From Octopus sinensis (Eukaryota): a stretch of DNA of 64,000 bases. Made by a program: the position numbers and the translations under genes. The stretch is from assembly GCF_006345805.1 (NCBI RefSeq), contig NC_042999.1, forward strand, positions 107,446,001-107,510,000, in the 5' to 3' direction. Shown here piece by piece: positions 12,881 through 26,404 of this stretch; position 1 is the stretch's first letter; each line of letters opens with the position of its first letter. The notes under the pieces were generated by a model. The model searched no databases and was not told the DNA's origin. It was given only the letters and a program-made list of their open reading frames with translations.

Positions 12881-13194
12881 AACTTTCTATTCTTACAGAA
12901 AACAGGTGATCATTTTTACTTGAATATTCAAAAATACCTGGAAATGATGAGAAATGAGACAAAAATTGGAGAAGGGCTAAAGATGAGGTTTTTCTATATA
13001 GATCTGCTTTAATATGTAATTCAAACTATAGTTTCAGAGAAACAACTATCCAAATGTCATGTCAAGAATGCTGGTGAATGCTCTTTCAAAAATAAGGGCC
13101 AGTATCAATGAAGTAATTTGAAACAAAGAAGCAGACTTATTATTTCTAAAACAAGAAATCCAAACCACAGTGAGTAAAGTTATCAATAGTACTA

Positions 13195-13524
13195 TTCTAT
13201 ACTGGTTACGGCGTCAGTTATGACAATGAGTTTTCCAGTTGATCAGATCAAATGAAGAGCCTACTCATGAAATTATTGTGCAAGTGGTTGAGCCCACCAC
13301 AGACATGTGTATCCTTAACATAGTTCTGAGGGAGATTCGATGTGACACAGAATATGACAAGGCTGACCCTTTTGAAATACCAAAATTACTCATTTTTGGC
13401 AGCTGAATGGACTGCAGCAATGTGAAGTAAAGTATCTGGCTCAAGGACACAATATGCTGCCAGGTATTGAACTCATGTCCTTACAATCATGAGTCAAATA
13501 CCCTAACCACTGAGCCATGTGCCT
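13195..13524 (-). mobile_element. SINE family D (tRNA-derived)
   Basis: Reverse strand begins AGGCACATGGCTCAGTGGTTAGGG...GAGTTCAATACC; 3' part matches 48420-48588. Confidence 0.8.
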
Positions 13525-13853
13525 GAATGCATTATGTATGAATCATATGCATCTCCGGGGTATGGTTGTAAAATTAAAAAAAGCTTACTTTGCATTTATG
13601 AGGTTTTGAGTTCAAACCATTGCATAGCAGCCTGTCTTCATAACCTCAAGTCAGTCAAAATTTTGTGAGTGAAATTTGGTTGAGAGTAACAGGGAGGAAA
13701 TCTGTGGCAAAGACCATTCCTGTTTTTAGTCTTTTGATTTAAATCACTGCCTAAATTTTGGGTGTTGTTAGTGGAATTCACATCATTGCTGGCATTTGGG
13801 CCTGGTCACAGATCTAAGAATAGATTTCTCACTTGTCTTTTGTCTCAGAGGCC

Positions 13854-13855
<2 letters not shown>

Positions 13856-13884
<29 letters not shown>

Positions 13885-14020
13885 CACGCACACGTGTATG
13901 TATTTGTGTGTGTGTGCATGTGTGTGTATGTGTATTTGTGTGTGTGTGCATGTGTGTATTTGTGTGTGTATGCATGTGTATGTGTGTGTGTGTGTGTTTG
14001 TGTGCGTGCATGCGCATGCA
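13856..14020. repeat. Compound (TG)n microsatellite
   Basis: Directly visible; explains the overlapping CVCV/HTHT ORFs. Confidence 0.95.
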
Positions 14021-14047
14021 AAATATTTCAATTCATGGATAAATGGT

Positions 14048-14480
14048 AGGCGTAGGAGTGGCTGTGTGGTACGCAGCTTGCTTACCTACCACATGGTTCC
14101 AGGTTCATTCCCACTGTGTGAGACCTTGGGCAAGTGTCTTCTACTATAACCTCGAGCCAACCAAAGCCTTGTGAGTGGATTTAGTAGACGGAAAATGAAG
14201 GAAGCACATCGTATATAAAAATATAAATATGTATGTGTGTGTACATGTTTGTGTGTGTATATGTTTGTGTGCCTGTGTTTGTCCCCCTCCCCCAACATCA
14301 CTTGACAACCGATGCTGGTGTGTTTACGTCCCCGTCACTTAGCGGTTCGGCAAAAGAGACCGATAGAATAAGTACTAGGCTTACAAAGAATAAGTCCTGG
14401 GGTCAATTTGCTCGACTAAAGGCGATGCTCCAGCATGGCCGCAGTCAAATGACTGAAACAATTAAAAGAGAAAAAGAGTA
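14048..14480 (+). mobile_element. SINE family A, full length
   Basis: Matches the other family A copies end to end. Confidence 0.92.
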
Positions 14481-15879
14481 ATACTTAAATAATATAGGTA
14501 GAAAGACACCTGAGAATAATCACTTCTAAAGCACCAGTGATCTTCAATTCCAAGTACATCTTTCTAACCAGACCTCCATACTAAAATAATCATAACTCTC
14601 AACATAATTAAATGACTCAGTTCATTAAGTAAGATGCAAATGACCAACCTAATCATAATCTTTATAGCACATATAGAGAAAGCTTTCAAGAAAGATAATA
14701 GTGGCAATATGTATAATGCCACCTTATATATCTTCACTGGAGTTGTTAATACTGTTATAGATGTCATTGAGTGGTCTTTCAGTGCAGAATCATTGTAAGT
14801 TATGAGCCTTGATTAAGCTATAAATTACTGTCTTTCCATAATCATGTCTGTTCTCTAAACATTGACTAAGAAGGCAGCATATGTGGACTCTCAACTTGAA
14901 TCCTTAAAAAGCAACAAATCTTTTCAATCTGGGTTTTTCCCCAGCAGAAACCAGGATATGGTTAATGCAATTTCAAGACCAAATAATTTTAGCTATAATA
15001 AAAGAAAGAAGAAAAAAAACAGTTATTCTTGTCTACAAAGATTAATGGTTGATAAGCTGAAATTATTGGAAACCAAGCAATGGAAAAATGGGTCAATAAA
15101 TTTAGTTTTATTGTAAATTCATAAACCACATTTTGTTAAGTGAATCAATTAATGGAAAATCTTGAACTAGAGATAATTAAACTGACTTTGATTTCAAGAT
15201 TTTATTTTATATATGCAAAAAGGAAGGTGTAGAAATCTAGATTTAAAAATGGTGAGTTAGCAGCAATAAGAAAGTCTGAGGTATCTGCTGAATTGGAAAT
15301 ATTCTCTAAGTCTCTTAGATCAGAGTTAACCCTCTTTAATATCTGTTGCTGATGAGAAGAAAACTACTTTGAAATGCATGAATCCACTAGTCCACTAAAG
15401 GGTGCTCTGAACTGACCATGGTGTTTTTATGCATTTTTGTCTCTAGTGAGAATACTTCTTCTTGATGACAAACTGCAGTAAAAAACCTTAAGGGTCCAAA
15501 ATATCTCTCAAATATATTTCAACTAGCATTATGTTTATTTCTCTCTCAGTCACAACTTAGCACATCAACTCAGGAGAACAATCATCATAGAAAAAATGCT
15601 CTTGCTAGTAATAAACATTCTGATGATAATAAACTTTCAGTTGTGTAATATCAGTTACAATAACAACAGCAGAAAGACATATTTATCAACGGTTTGGAGA
15701 CTCAAATAAGGTGTCTAACATTTATACTGAAGTGTCATAAATGTGTAAAATTAGATCACCTTTCCAAATATTGACAGTCAGTCCCTACATACAACATCAA
15801 TGAAGATTCATACGAATATAGCAATGCTTCCATGATCAATGTATGTCAACAATATAGATCTTCATATTAAAGATATTCT

Positions 15880-16700
15880 ACTATAAACTGAACGATGTTC
15901 AAATGAAAATAGATAGCAGCCGATCTTGTTTGGTTGTTACAAATTCCTTTATCAATAAGATTCATTTGACATTAATTCACCAGCCAAAATCTTTAACAAC
16001 TTATGATGGTTCAGTATTGAAAATGAAGGGAACTGTAATTGCTAATATTCATATTCAAGTTTATGGAACAGGAATTTGTTGCAAAAGTTCTCCATACGAC
16101 TTTGCATTAATTGAAAGTGACGTATCAAGCTACATTTTGTTTTAATGTTAACAGTTATTTAGCCATTATGAAGAGTTACATAACTAGTATTACATATAAA
16201 TATCTTGAGTATAATGAGATAACTTCTGCTCATAAAATACCTTTCCATTTACAAACTGAAGTTATGACAGAGTTAAGTAACCTCAAGCATCTTGGTGTAA
16301 TATTACTATGATCAGAATAATGTCAGGTGTGGTGAAAGTAAGAATGAAATATGGATTGCTTTGAATGTGTGTAGATTACAAAGTTCACCTTAATGCAAAT
16401 ATTGACACATACACTCACCCTTTATCAACTATTGATTATACATTCTCTGAAATGAAGAGAGTAAAGTTTTTCTCTGCAATGCATATTGGCAAACATGTGC
16501 TATCAATACCTCTAATGATATATATCATGTAAACCATTTACAGATCGGTTTTAAACATCTATTAACATATTTCAAGTGTTTAGAGAATGAAATGAAAGAT
16601 ATTCAAAGTGTTCAAATATATTGAAGTGGTATTTTATAATTTGAAAACTTGGTAAAAATATTTTAGGAATCATTGTATTGTCAAGTGGTATTATGCCATC
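15880..16700 (+). mobile_element. Decayed Ty3/Gypsy LTR-retrotransposon pol (aspartic protease and reverse transcriptase)
   Basis: MKIDSSRSCLV...LTTYDGSVLKMKGTV (retropepsin-like); HKIPFHLQTEVMTELSNLKHLGVI; L*MCVDYKVHLNANIDTYTHPLSTIDYTFSEMKRVKFFS; NAYWQ. May extend over about 14.5-17.2 kb; no LTRs recognised. Confidence 0.8.
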
Positions 16701-17269
16701 AAAATCATTGGTGGAGTGAAAAGTTGCTGTGACAAGAAACCGTTACTGAGCATCAAGCCTTTTTTTATTAAGTGCAAACGACCAGCTTGAGTATTCAAGG
16801 CACAATCGTTAGCATAACTACTATTGCAAATTAAAGCTGCTAACCTTACTAAAGTATACAATGATGCCCTTGGATTGGAATTTCTAGTAATGATTTTTTA
16901 TCATTCCCCAACACTTTAATGGCTGTGTCCTTAAAGTATTTTTTAATCCTTGCTGATCAATGATTAAATCCAAGTGGTGGAGTTATGATTTCCTCTTCAA
17001 TAACAGGATCAAAATTAGACTGCTACAGCTTCCATTCAAATGTTTGTTGAACCTAATTTCTCAGAATGTCATTGCAGCAATTACCAATGGAACCTTTTTT
17101 AGTGGACTGAAAATTTGCCTGGACTAGATTTCTTTAATGTATCAACAACAGAGTAATTAGCAAATGTGTGGAACCATAATTTTATTAATTTTTTGTAGAG
17201 CTCAGTCTTCTGAACAGGGCTATATCTTTAGTTGAGAAAGTGTCATTTCAATCATCTGGGTATCTAATA

Positions 17270-17483
17270 ATCCTTTCTACTACAAGCATAAGGTCTAAAA
17301 TCCTATGAGAGGGGATTAGTTAATATCATTAACCCTAGTGCTCAACTGGTACTTATTTTATTGACCCTGAAAGAATGAAAGGCAAGGTTGATCTCAGCAG
17401 GATTTGAATTCAGAACATAAAGATAGACAAAATGTTAGCTGCATTTTGTCCAACATGCTAACAATTCTGCCAGTTCACTGCTT
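17270..17483 (-). mobile_element. SINE family C
   Basis: CTGGTACTTATTTTATTGACCCTGAAAGAATGAAAGGCAAGG...TTGAATTCAGAAC. Confidence 0.8.
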
Positions 17484-19639
17484 TTCTCTGGGTGACAAAT
17501 AACAGTAGAATATGAGTAGTATCAAGCAGTTTAAGAGGATCAAACCATCTGAACTAAACTTTTACGTGGATAAAGCCATCCAGGCAAAGACTGTTTTGTT
17601 GATTAGAAACACTGAAAGTTAAATAGTCTTTCATGAATTCAAGCTGAAACATGGACCTAACTACAGTTTCAGTGGAAAGGAGAAAACAAATTTCTTAAAA
17701 ATATCACAATTTTGTTTTTCTGACATTTTTCTTGCATGAAGAACAAGTGTTATTGTTCTCCATAAAGTTCCATTTAATCACTCGCTACTTGACTATTTCC
17801 TGTAGATGGAATAGAGATGTTTTACTTTGGGCTATATAATTACTTTCTCAAAAGATAAAAGACATTAAGACATAAAAAGGGATCTACAGTTTGAGTGGGC
17901 CAAAGCTGAAGCATCAAACATGAAGAATATATTCTGAGATGCTCGAATGATTTTGTGCCTCAGTAAGTTTTGGCTTAATGAGGCTTTCATTTTGGAAAGT
18001 GCTATGCATTCATAACATCACTTTTTAACATTTCCCAAAGAAAATAGTTTTTAGATCTAATTCAGTAATATGTAATTGAGTTACTCCAGGAGGGAACAAA
18101 GGGAACAAAAGCTTCTGCAAATCTGTGATTCTAAGAGATGGTAAAAAGGAGAATCTGGAAAGAACGTCAGCAGTTTTGTTATCTTTTCCAAATATGTGTC
18201 AGATATTGTTATTAAAGAATCGTGAAACAAGGATTCCAAAGAACAATTTTATTTCTGTTTTTCCTTTACTTTTGTATGAAACCACAACTTTGAAGTAAAC
18301 AGAAAATTCATTTCCTAATGCCTTTTTTATGATAGCCAGAGCCATCTTTTCGAATGATGATGGATTTTAGCTCAGAGCAGGAAAGAGATTTGGAGAAGAA
18401 AGTAACAGGTTTATTACATGGTGTAAGAATATCCAAAATTATAATTCCAGAAACATCAGTTTTAAGATGCCATGTAATTTCAAGTCAAATGGGTGAGAAA
18501 GTTTTAAGTAGATTATAGGCATCCTGATGTCGTTTTTCATAACAGTAAAATATGATTTGCTAGGGGTTGAACTTAGTTCCAAGAAAGGGGACACTCTGCC
18601 TAAACAAACTTAGGAGTCATTCTCATTTAGAATTGCTTGGTGCTGTGTAATCAACATGATATTTTAATTTTTCCTGGTCAAGCTGCATGGGATTATTTTT
18701 TAGGTAACAAGTGAATAATTGATGGAGAAAATTTATTTTTTTTCCATTCCCTCAGTTAAGTACAAAGATGACTGACTTAGTGCAGGATCATTCAAATTAA
18801 AAGTTATGCAGTGACTCTAAAATCAAATTATAACAAATAAATGAAGACACTTAGAAAAGAAACATTATTACTAAAGACCATCGCTTAATGCTTAAAATTA
18901 TTTGAACAACCATAACAACAAACCGTTTATCCCAGAGAGATTCGGAGTGAATATTCTTTGGAAAATACAGACCATTCATATTGCCATTTAACCAGTAATA
19001 CAGAAGTAAAGAAGTTGTATAAGATGGCCGGGTTTATCATATTCAGGGAAACAGGATATAAAATTGTGTTTGTAATATCAAAACTTTTGATTTTCAGGAA
19101 TTTCAAATAGTGATACCTGACTTGTATGAGCCAATGAGAAAGCTTTCACATGATTCTTTGATCTGATAAAATATAGTGGCCAAATCTCCCTCAAATTACA
19201 CCCCAGGGACAAAGTTGGATAATGTGGTACTGAGTTTCTTGCACAGAGGAAGCAGACAGGATGGACACGACTGAAATGCTTTTGATTGTCGGTGAGCTCA
19301 ATCAGTGTTGACCAGTAGTGATCAGCTAAACAGTAATTTGGTCAGTAAGTAAAGCTTGTCAAAATAATTCATATCAATGTTGTTTACGTAAAAGATATTG
19401 GAAACATTTCGAAATGTTGAATCATATTGCTCAGGGTTTGTAGTCTTGCAAGTTACATGAGGATCCGCAGGTATCATAAAAAAGTATACTCTGTAAAGTG
19501 GTTTGTGCTATGAAAGGCAGCCAGCCATGAAAGCCATAAAGATACTGGCACATGATGCAGTCCTTGAGCCCATAAGTTCCTGCCAAACTGTCCAACCCAT
19601 GCCATTATGGAACAAAGACATTAAATGATGACAATGACA

Positions 19640-19700
19640 ATGATGATGATGAGGGGAAATGGTGGCAATGGTGATGACAACAATGATGGTGACGATGATA

Positions 19701-19762
<62 letters not shown>
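19640..19762. repeat. (GAT)n microsatellite forming the tail of a decayed family B copy (about 19510-19630)
   Basis: TCCAACCCATGCC...ACATTAAATGATG directly precedes the array. Confidence 0.85.
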
Positions 19763-19763
<1 letters not shown>

Positions 19764-20162
19764 GAAGCTTTCTCCAATTCTGATAGAAAGGTTGAGATAT
19801 TAAAGTTCAAGTTAGCTGAAATATTTTTTTTAAATATGGCGTTTCAAACACTCAGATAATGGTGCTAAATTTGTAGCCTTAAAGCAATTCTTTAACTCAG
19901 TTGGTTGCAATAAATTAGAATTGCAAAATATATTGCTACAAATTAAATGGCCTTGCAGAAAAGGAGGATCAAACAATAAAGCAAGCTATGAAATATCATC
20001 ATCCCAGAATTGCTAATTTTGATTTATATTTTCACAAGATAGATATTAATCATGGAACTGCCACAGGTGGCTTTAGAAAGTCTCAATCTGAAAAATTAAT
20101 TGGAAGGAATCTACAAATTGCTACAAATCCATTTTTCTGAAATTGGTGAAAAGGTTTCACAT

Positions 20163-20574
20163 AGGCATAGGAGTGACTGTGTTTTAAGTAGCTTGCTTAC
20201 AAACCACACGGTTCTGGGTTCAATCCCACTAAGTGGCACCTTGGGCAAGTGTTTTCTACTATAGCCTTGGGCCAACCAAAGCCTTGTGAGTGGATTTGGT
20301 AGATGGAAACTGAAAGAAGACTGTCGTATATATGTATCTATACATGTATGTGTGTGTGTGTGTATGTTTGTTTGTGTTTGTCCCCCAACATCGCTTGACA
20401 ACCAATGCTGGTGTGTTTACGTCCCTGTAACTTAGCAGTTCGGCAAAAGAGACCGATAGAATAAGTACTAGGCTTACAAAGAATAAGTCCTGGGGGTCAA
20501 TTTGCTCGACTAAAGGTGGTGCTCCAGCATGGCCACAGTCAAATGACTGAAACAATTAAAAGAGTAAAAGAGTA
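20163..20574 (+). mobile_element. SINE family A, full length
   Basis: Matches the other family A copies. Confidence 0.92.
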
Positions 20575-20857
20575 TAAGTTGATGTCATTTGCTACTGCAG
20601 TTAATTACATTGTTAATTCTGGACACATCATTGCATGTATAAAAAAGATAACTGATTATGTCTCAGTTTGTTTCAGTTGAACATCTAGCACCATTGCTCA
20701 TAGCAGCAGATGAAAATAATATAATTCAATCCCTGTAAAAGATGACATAACAACTGACTCGTGATGTAACAGAGGATAGCTGAATAAGGTTTTGGTATAA
20801 AACAGTGACAGATACTACATAGAGCTGAAAATGTTACTATGTCATCATTTACAATAT

Positions 20858-21318
20858 AAGCACAAGAGTGGCTGTGTGGTAAGTAGCTTGCTTACCAACC
20901 ACATGGTTCCAGGTTCAGTCCCACTGCGTGGCACCTTGGGCAAGTGTCTTCTACTATAGCCTTGGGCCAACCAAAGCCTTGTGAGTGGATTTCGTAGATG
21001 GAAACTGAAAGAAGGCCGTCGTATATATGTATGTATGTATTTATGTATGTATGTATGTATAAACATATGTATGTGTGTGTGTGTGTGTGTGTGTGTTTGT
21101 GTGAGTGTGTGTGTGTTTGTATGTCTGTGTGTCCCTCCAACATCGCTTGACAACTGATGCTGGTGTGTTTACATCCCCATAACTTAGCGGTTCGGCAAAA
21201 GAGATCGATAGAATAAGTACTAGGCTTACAAAGAATAAGTCCTGGGTTCGATTTGCTTGACTAAAAGGCAGTGCTCAAGCATGGCCACAGTCAAATGCCT
21301 GAAACAACTAACAGAGTA
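20858..21318 (+). mobile_element. SINE family A, full length, longer internal microsatellite
   Basis: Matches the other family A copies. Confidence 0.92.
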
Positions 21319-22487
21319 ATATTCTTAGGAATTATCACATTTGTACAGAAATTCAGAAGCCATTGTGTTATTGAGAGAAATAATAATATTTCTTTTGTGA
21401 TCTCACCAAGGTCAACTTTATCTTTCATCATTCATCAGGTAACAAAATAAAGTATCAGCCATACAGTGGAGTCAATATAACTGATTAATTCCACCTCTCC
21501 AAAATTCCAGATCTATATACAAAAACTAGCTGAAGCTTTGAAGCATCAAACAACTTGTTTTATGATTCTTCTTTCAACTTATTGTATTCTGCGTTCAAAT
21601 CACACTCAGATCAACTTTGCCTTTTAGTATTTCAAGGTCAATGACATAAAGTACCAGTCAAGTACTATGCCTGACATTACCAACGAACCCCCTACCCTCG
21701 AAATTGCTGGCCTACCATTCAAATTAGCAGCAATTGTTATTGTTGTAGTCACTTTGATTATACTCAATATGAAATTCATTTTGAGTTATGGGTCATGCTA
21801 TTCCTATAAGCTACTGACATTTCCTCAACAGCAAGAATTCAATAAACATTAAACAAGAGTGCAAAAGGGAGGGGGAATATACATGGTCTATCTATCTAAG
21901 TCCTTTGAACAGAACAATTGACCCTATCAAATGAGGGATATCATTAACTTTATTATCTTTACCATTAATACATTTGTATCAATAAAGTGCTGGTATGAAA
22001 ATTTTCTTCTTCTTCACATATGTTAATACAAAAATAGCAGTCATTAAAGCACTTGCCTTATTAATATGTTATCTCTTATGTAATAATCTCAACCGCAATA
22101 ATCATTGAGTTTCATTTGGCAGTTTAATATCTCATGGTAGACAGATTGTTCAGTTACTACTTCCTTTAACAATAATTATGATAGTTCCACTAATTTGAAC
22201 ATGTCAATCTTACTTCCTACTTTACAGGCAAGAATAATTAATAACACCTCTTAACCAACTCAAATTTCCTACCTATAACAGACTTTGTCTTCCTTTCCAG
22301 AAGCTCTTCTTCCTAGGTTCTTCCTAGCTTTGAAGTGTCTACCCTTGTAATTAAAAGACCATCAAACAATTATATTCACGTATTTTACATTTCACTAATA
22401 TCTAAATCAGGACCTTACAAGTAAATTACATGAATAGATAGGAATTTTGACAAATTTTAACAGTTCTGCAAGTGTTCTCAATGAAGA

Positions 22488-22506
22488 GTGGTGGTGGTGG
22501 TGGTGG

Positions 22507-22558
<52 letters not shown>

Positions 22559-22681
22559 GCTGCTGCTGCTGCTGTCGTCGTCGTTGTTGTTGTCGTCGTT
22601 GTTGTTGTCGTCGTTGTTGTTGTCGTCGTTGTTGTTGTCGTCGTTGTTGTTGCTGCTGCTGCTGTTGTTGTTGTTGTTGTT
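22488..22681. repeat. Compound (GGT)n(GTT)n(GCT)n(GTC)n trinucleotide array
   Basis: Directly visible; source of the polyQ/C/V/L ORF-track entries. Confidence 0.95.
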
Positions 22682-23226
22682 TAACCACTGGTCAACCCTT
22701 ATTCTTTAGACCTATAATCAAAGTCATTTCATCCATGAACTTCTTATCTGTTTTTAGATATATCTTTACTAGTACTTAATCCAATATGTGCTTTCTTTTT
22801 CTTTTTCCTTCTTTTTCATTTTTTTGGTAGGTGGAAAAGTGTGATTTTAGAGATATAGATTCGGCTGCTATTAAAAGCAGATAAAAATGACCCCATAGAA
22901 TCTCCAGGATCCACTTATCCAAGTACCATGCACTGGGATCAAACCAGAACAATGGAATTACAAAAATAACATCCTAACCAGCATGACGACACCATAACAA
23001 CCCAGTAGATATCAATGACAGAAACCCACCAACTGAGTGTTTGACCAGGAATAAAATGAGTGGCAAAATACATACATGTTCTGACTCACTCACTGTATTC
23101 CTTATATTTGATACATGGCCCCAAAATACATTGTATCACATTTGAGATTTTTAATTTCTTTACTTCTTTTTTTCTTATTATCTAAGAAGTAATACTTTAA
23201 TTATATATTTCTTTTAGAAGTATACA

Positions 23227-23630
23227 AGGTGTAGGAGTAGCTGTGTGGTAAGTAGCTTGCTTACGAACCACATGATTCCAGGCTCAGTCCCACTGCATGG
23301 AACCTTGGGCAAGTGTCTTCTACTATAGCCTCAGGCCAACCAAAGCCTTGTGAGTGGATTTGGTAGACAGAAACTGAAAGAAGCCCGTCGTATATATGTA
23401 TATATATATATATGTATGTGTGTGTATATGTTTGTGTGTCTGTGTTTGTCCCCCCAACATCGCTTGACAACCAATGCTGGTGTGTTTACGTCCCTGTAAC
23501 TTAGCAGTTCGGCAAAAGAGACTGATAGAATAAGTACTAAGCTTACAAAGAATAGTCCTGGGGTCGATTTGCTCGACCAAAGGCGGTGCTCCAGCATGGC
23601 TACAGTCACATGACTGAAACAAATAAAAAA
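23227..23630 (+). mobile_element. SINE family A, full length
   Basis: Matches the other family A copies. Confidence 0.92.
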
Positions 23631-24134
23631 AGTAGTTTTATTAACCTCATTGTCCAAAGTGTTTTCAACAGCAAACATGAACAAAGCTTTCCTCTTGAGA
23701 TTAAAATGTTGTTTCTGATATTTTAGTTTTTCTTTTCTGTTTGTCATCATCCCACAAATTGTCAGATATATTTGCAACAGGCAACCAATGGTTACACAAC
23801 CAAATATATTACTTTCATGATTCAGGATTCCTTAGAATTTTTTTACATTTAAAGTTTTTGGTTCATTTGTTTTTGTTTTTGTGGGATGGGTTGATATCAT
23901 GGATTTGGGGAAAATTTTAGTCAATGATTATTAATTTTCCAAAGAGTCAATCACTTGTTCAGTGCATTAATAATTGTGACGGTGATAAAGGCATGTCCTT
24001 GCAATCCAAGTGAAATAATGTTTTAATACCAGAAGATTAATGTTCTCTCTATCTCCCTGTTTCTCTCTTTCTCTCCCTCTCTCCCCTTCTCTTTCTCTCT
24101 CTCTCTCACACTCACACACACATACACACATGTA

Positions 24135-24434
24135 GTGGAGGCGCATGGCCTAGTGGTTAGAGCAGTGGACTCGCAGTCGAGGGATCGCGGGTTTGAATCT
24201 CAGACCGGGCGATGTGTGTGTTTATGAGTGAAACACCTAAGCTCCACGCGGCTCTGGCAGAAGGTAATGGCAAACTTCTGCTGACTCTTTCGCCACAACT
24301 TTCTCTCACTCTTTCCTCCTGCATCTTGCAGCTCACCTGCGAAGGACCGGCGTCCCACCCAGGTGGGGACCCTATATGCCATGGAAACCGGGAAACTGGC
24401 CTTTATGAGCCAGGCATGGCTCGAAAAGGAACAA
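24135..24434 (+). mobile_element. SINE family D variant with 15-bp target-site duplication
   Basis: A box TGGCCTAGTGG, B-box-like GGTTTGAATCT; ACATACACACATGTA at 24120-24134 and 24435-24449. Confidence 0.9.
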
Positions 24435-25618
24435 ACATACACACATGTAATACATACTTCAGAGACAATGAAATAATAAGTAATGTATGAGAGTTAACAT
24501 CATTTCTGTACCATATTATCCAATTGTTCTTCATAGAAATATTGGAGAATGTATTCTTAGATAAACTATATGACTGAAAATAAGACAGGATAGCATGGCT
24601 CAGATGGCATTGATCATAGGGTCTGATTGTACCGATCTTACATCTGAGGTTCAAATGGATGCCATGCTAGGGTACTACTCTAGAAAGGTAATACATATAT
24701 CACTTGAGGCTCAGAACAATTTAACATCAGATTCTAAACACAAATAAAGCCATTTAAACAATCACTCATAATCATAGACAACTGCTATACTTTGTCCTCC
24801 CTCTTTGTGTCATTGGCTCTCCTACCATTACAACGATTCCTGCTCTTATGAACTAACAAGTATAATCGTTTTCTATGTGTGGAAGAGATTTAAAGCGAGA
24901 GAGTGGAGGTGAAGGAAGATAACTGTCTAAATAAAGTTAACTATTATACATATATATTTTTACACATACACACACACATATAAATATATGTGCATGTGTG
25001 CATGTATGTGTACGAGCACGTGTGCATATGTGCATGAGCATGTGAGGGTATGTGTATATGTATGTGTGTGTGTATGGAATATAGCACATTCATCAAAAGC
25101 ACAATCATTGAAAAGACATTCATTGAAAAATATTCATAGAAATACATATTTATTGGAAAACATAGAAAAACAATGATCTTAATGCTGACTAATTTTTTTG
25201 TTAAATGATAAAAGAACAAATCATTTTTTAAATGAAATGTATTTTCAATTTATTTTCCAGCTATCTGGGGATTTTCTTTCATAAGAAAACAAATATCAAT
25301 GGAAATATATTGAAACTTAATCTCAACTATTTTTTTTCACCAACTTTTAAAATGATAATAATTTTTTGAATGAAATATATTTTCAATTATTTTTTTTTTG
25401 TGTGTGCTTGTATTTATTTGTATAGCATCCAATACAATATACATTTGAGTGTTCTTGATTTTTCTTAAGTAGTATGTTATAGCAATACTGTATTTTCCGG
25501 CATACAAGTCAATGTAGTATATAGTGTAAACATGAAGTGAAAACATTCAAACATCACCATTATCTTTCCAAATCCTACTGCATTTCACATGGAACTTTCA
25601 GTCCACCATCGTCGTCTG

Positions 25619-25866
25619 GTGGAGGCACATGGTTTAGTGGTTAGGATGCAGGATTCATGATCGTGAGATTGTGGTTTCAATTCCTGGATTGGGTGACACA
25701 TTGTGTTCTTGAACAAAACACCTCGTTTCATGTTGCTTCAGTTCGCTCACCTGGCAAAAATGAGTAATCCTGAGAGGAACCAGCGTTTCATTCATGTAGG
25801 GAATATATGCACCACGGAAATGGAAGAAACAGGCCTTATGAGCCTACATGACTTGGGAAAGAACTT
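25619..25866 (+). mobile_element. SINE family D
   Basis: GGAGGCACATGGTTTAGTGGTTAGG head; GGCAAAAATGAGTA central segment. Confidence 0.8.
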
Positions 25867-26110
25867 TTTTTTACTATTATAGTTGTGTAGGTCTACAACT
25901 CAACCTACCTCTTTCTTTTGGTCGTAAATTTTGGTCAAAAAAATGTTACTTATATACTAGAAAATATAGTAATAACAGGAGAGTTTTGTAGCTCGCTTGA
26001 AGCATTGTGTATTGTTTTTAAAAAAATAATGTGTTTCGAATGGTACAACAATGCACTATAATAATAACAATGGACTATAATAACTGTTATAATTTAATCA
26101 TCCATAGTCT

Positions 26111-26152
26111 GATATAATATTTCAGAATATAAAATTTCCTTCTTCAGATATC
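26111..26152 (-). ncRNA. Minimal hammerhead-like motif, left arm
   Basis: GATAT-CTGAAGA-A-GGAA attttata TTCT-GAAA-TATT-ATATC. Confidence 0.5.
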
Positions 26153-26362
26153 CCTAGGAATTGATCAAGTCACTGCTATAATTCATGATCATAAGATTGT
26201 GGTTTCAATTCCTGAACTGGGTGATACTTTGTGTTCTTGAGCAAAACACCTCATTTCATGTTGCTTCAGTTCACTCAGCTGGCAAAAATGAGTAATCCTG
26301 AGAGGGACCGGCGTGTCATCCAGGTGGGGAATATTATAACAGTGACTCAATCAATTCCTAAG

Positions 26363-26404
26363 GATATCTGAAGAAGGAATTTTTATATTCCGAAATATTA
26401 TATC
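26363..26404 (+). ncRNA. Minimal hammerhead-like motif, right arm
   Basis: Stem I GATAT/ATATC, core CTGAAGA plus an extra A, stem II GGAAT/ATTCC, GAAA, very short palindromic stem III (A-TA-T), U at position 17. Confidence 0.55.

Noticed and set aside
20111-21153. Recurrent ORFs containing [16 protein letters not shown] or QIHSQGFG
   Set aside because: Antisense translations of the multicopy SINE family A, not a gene family
22407-22779. PolyQ/polyC/polyV/polyL ORFs
   Set aside because: Translations of a trinucleotide microsatellite open in several frames; no flanking coding signal
24135-24210. tRNA-like sequence with A and B boxes
   Set aside because: Continues into a SINE body flanked by a 15-bp TSD; SINE head rather than tRNA gene
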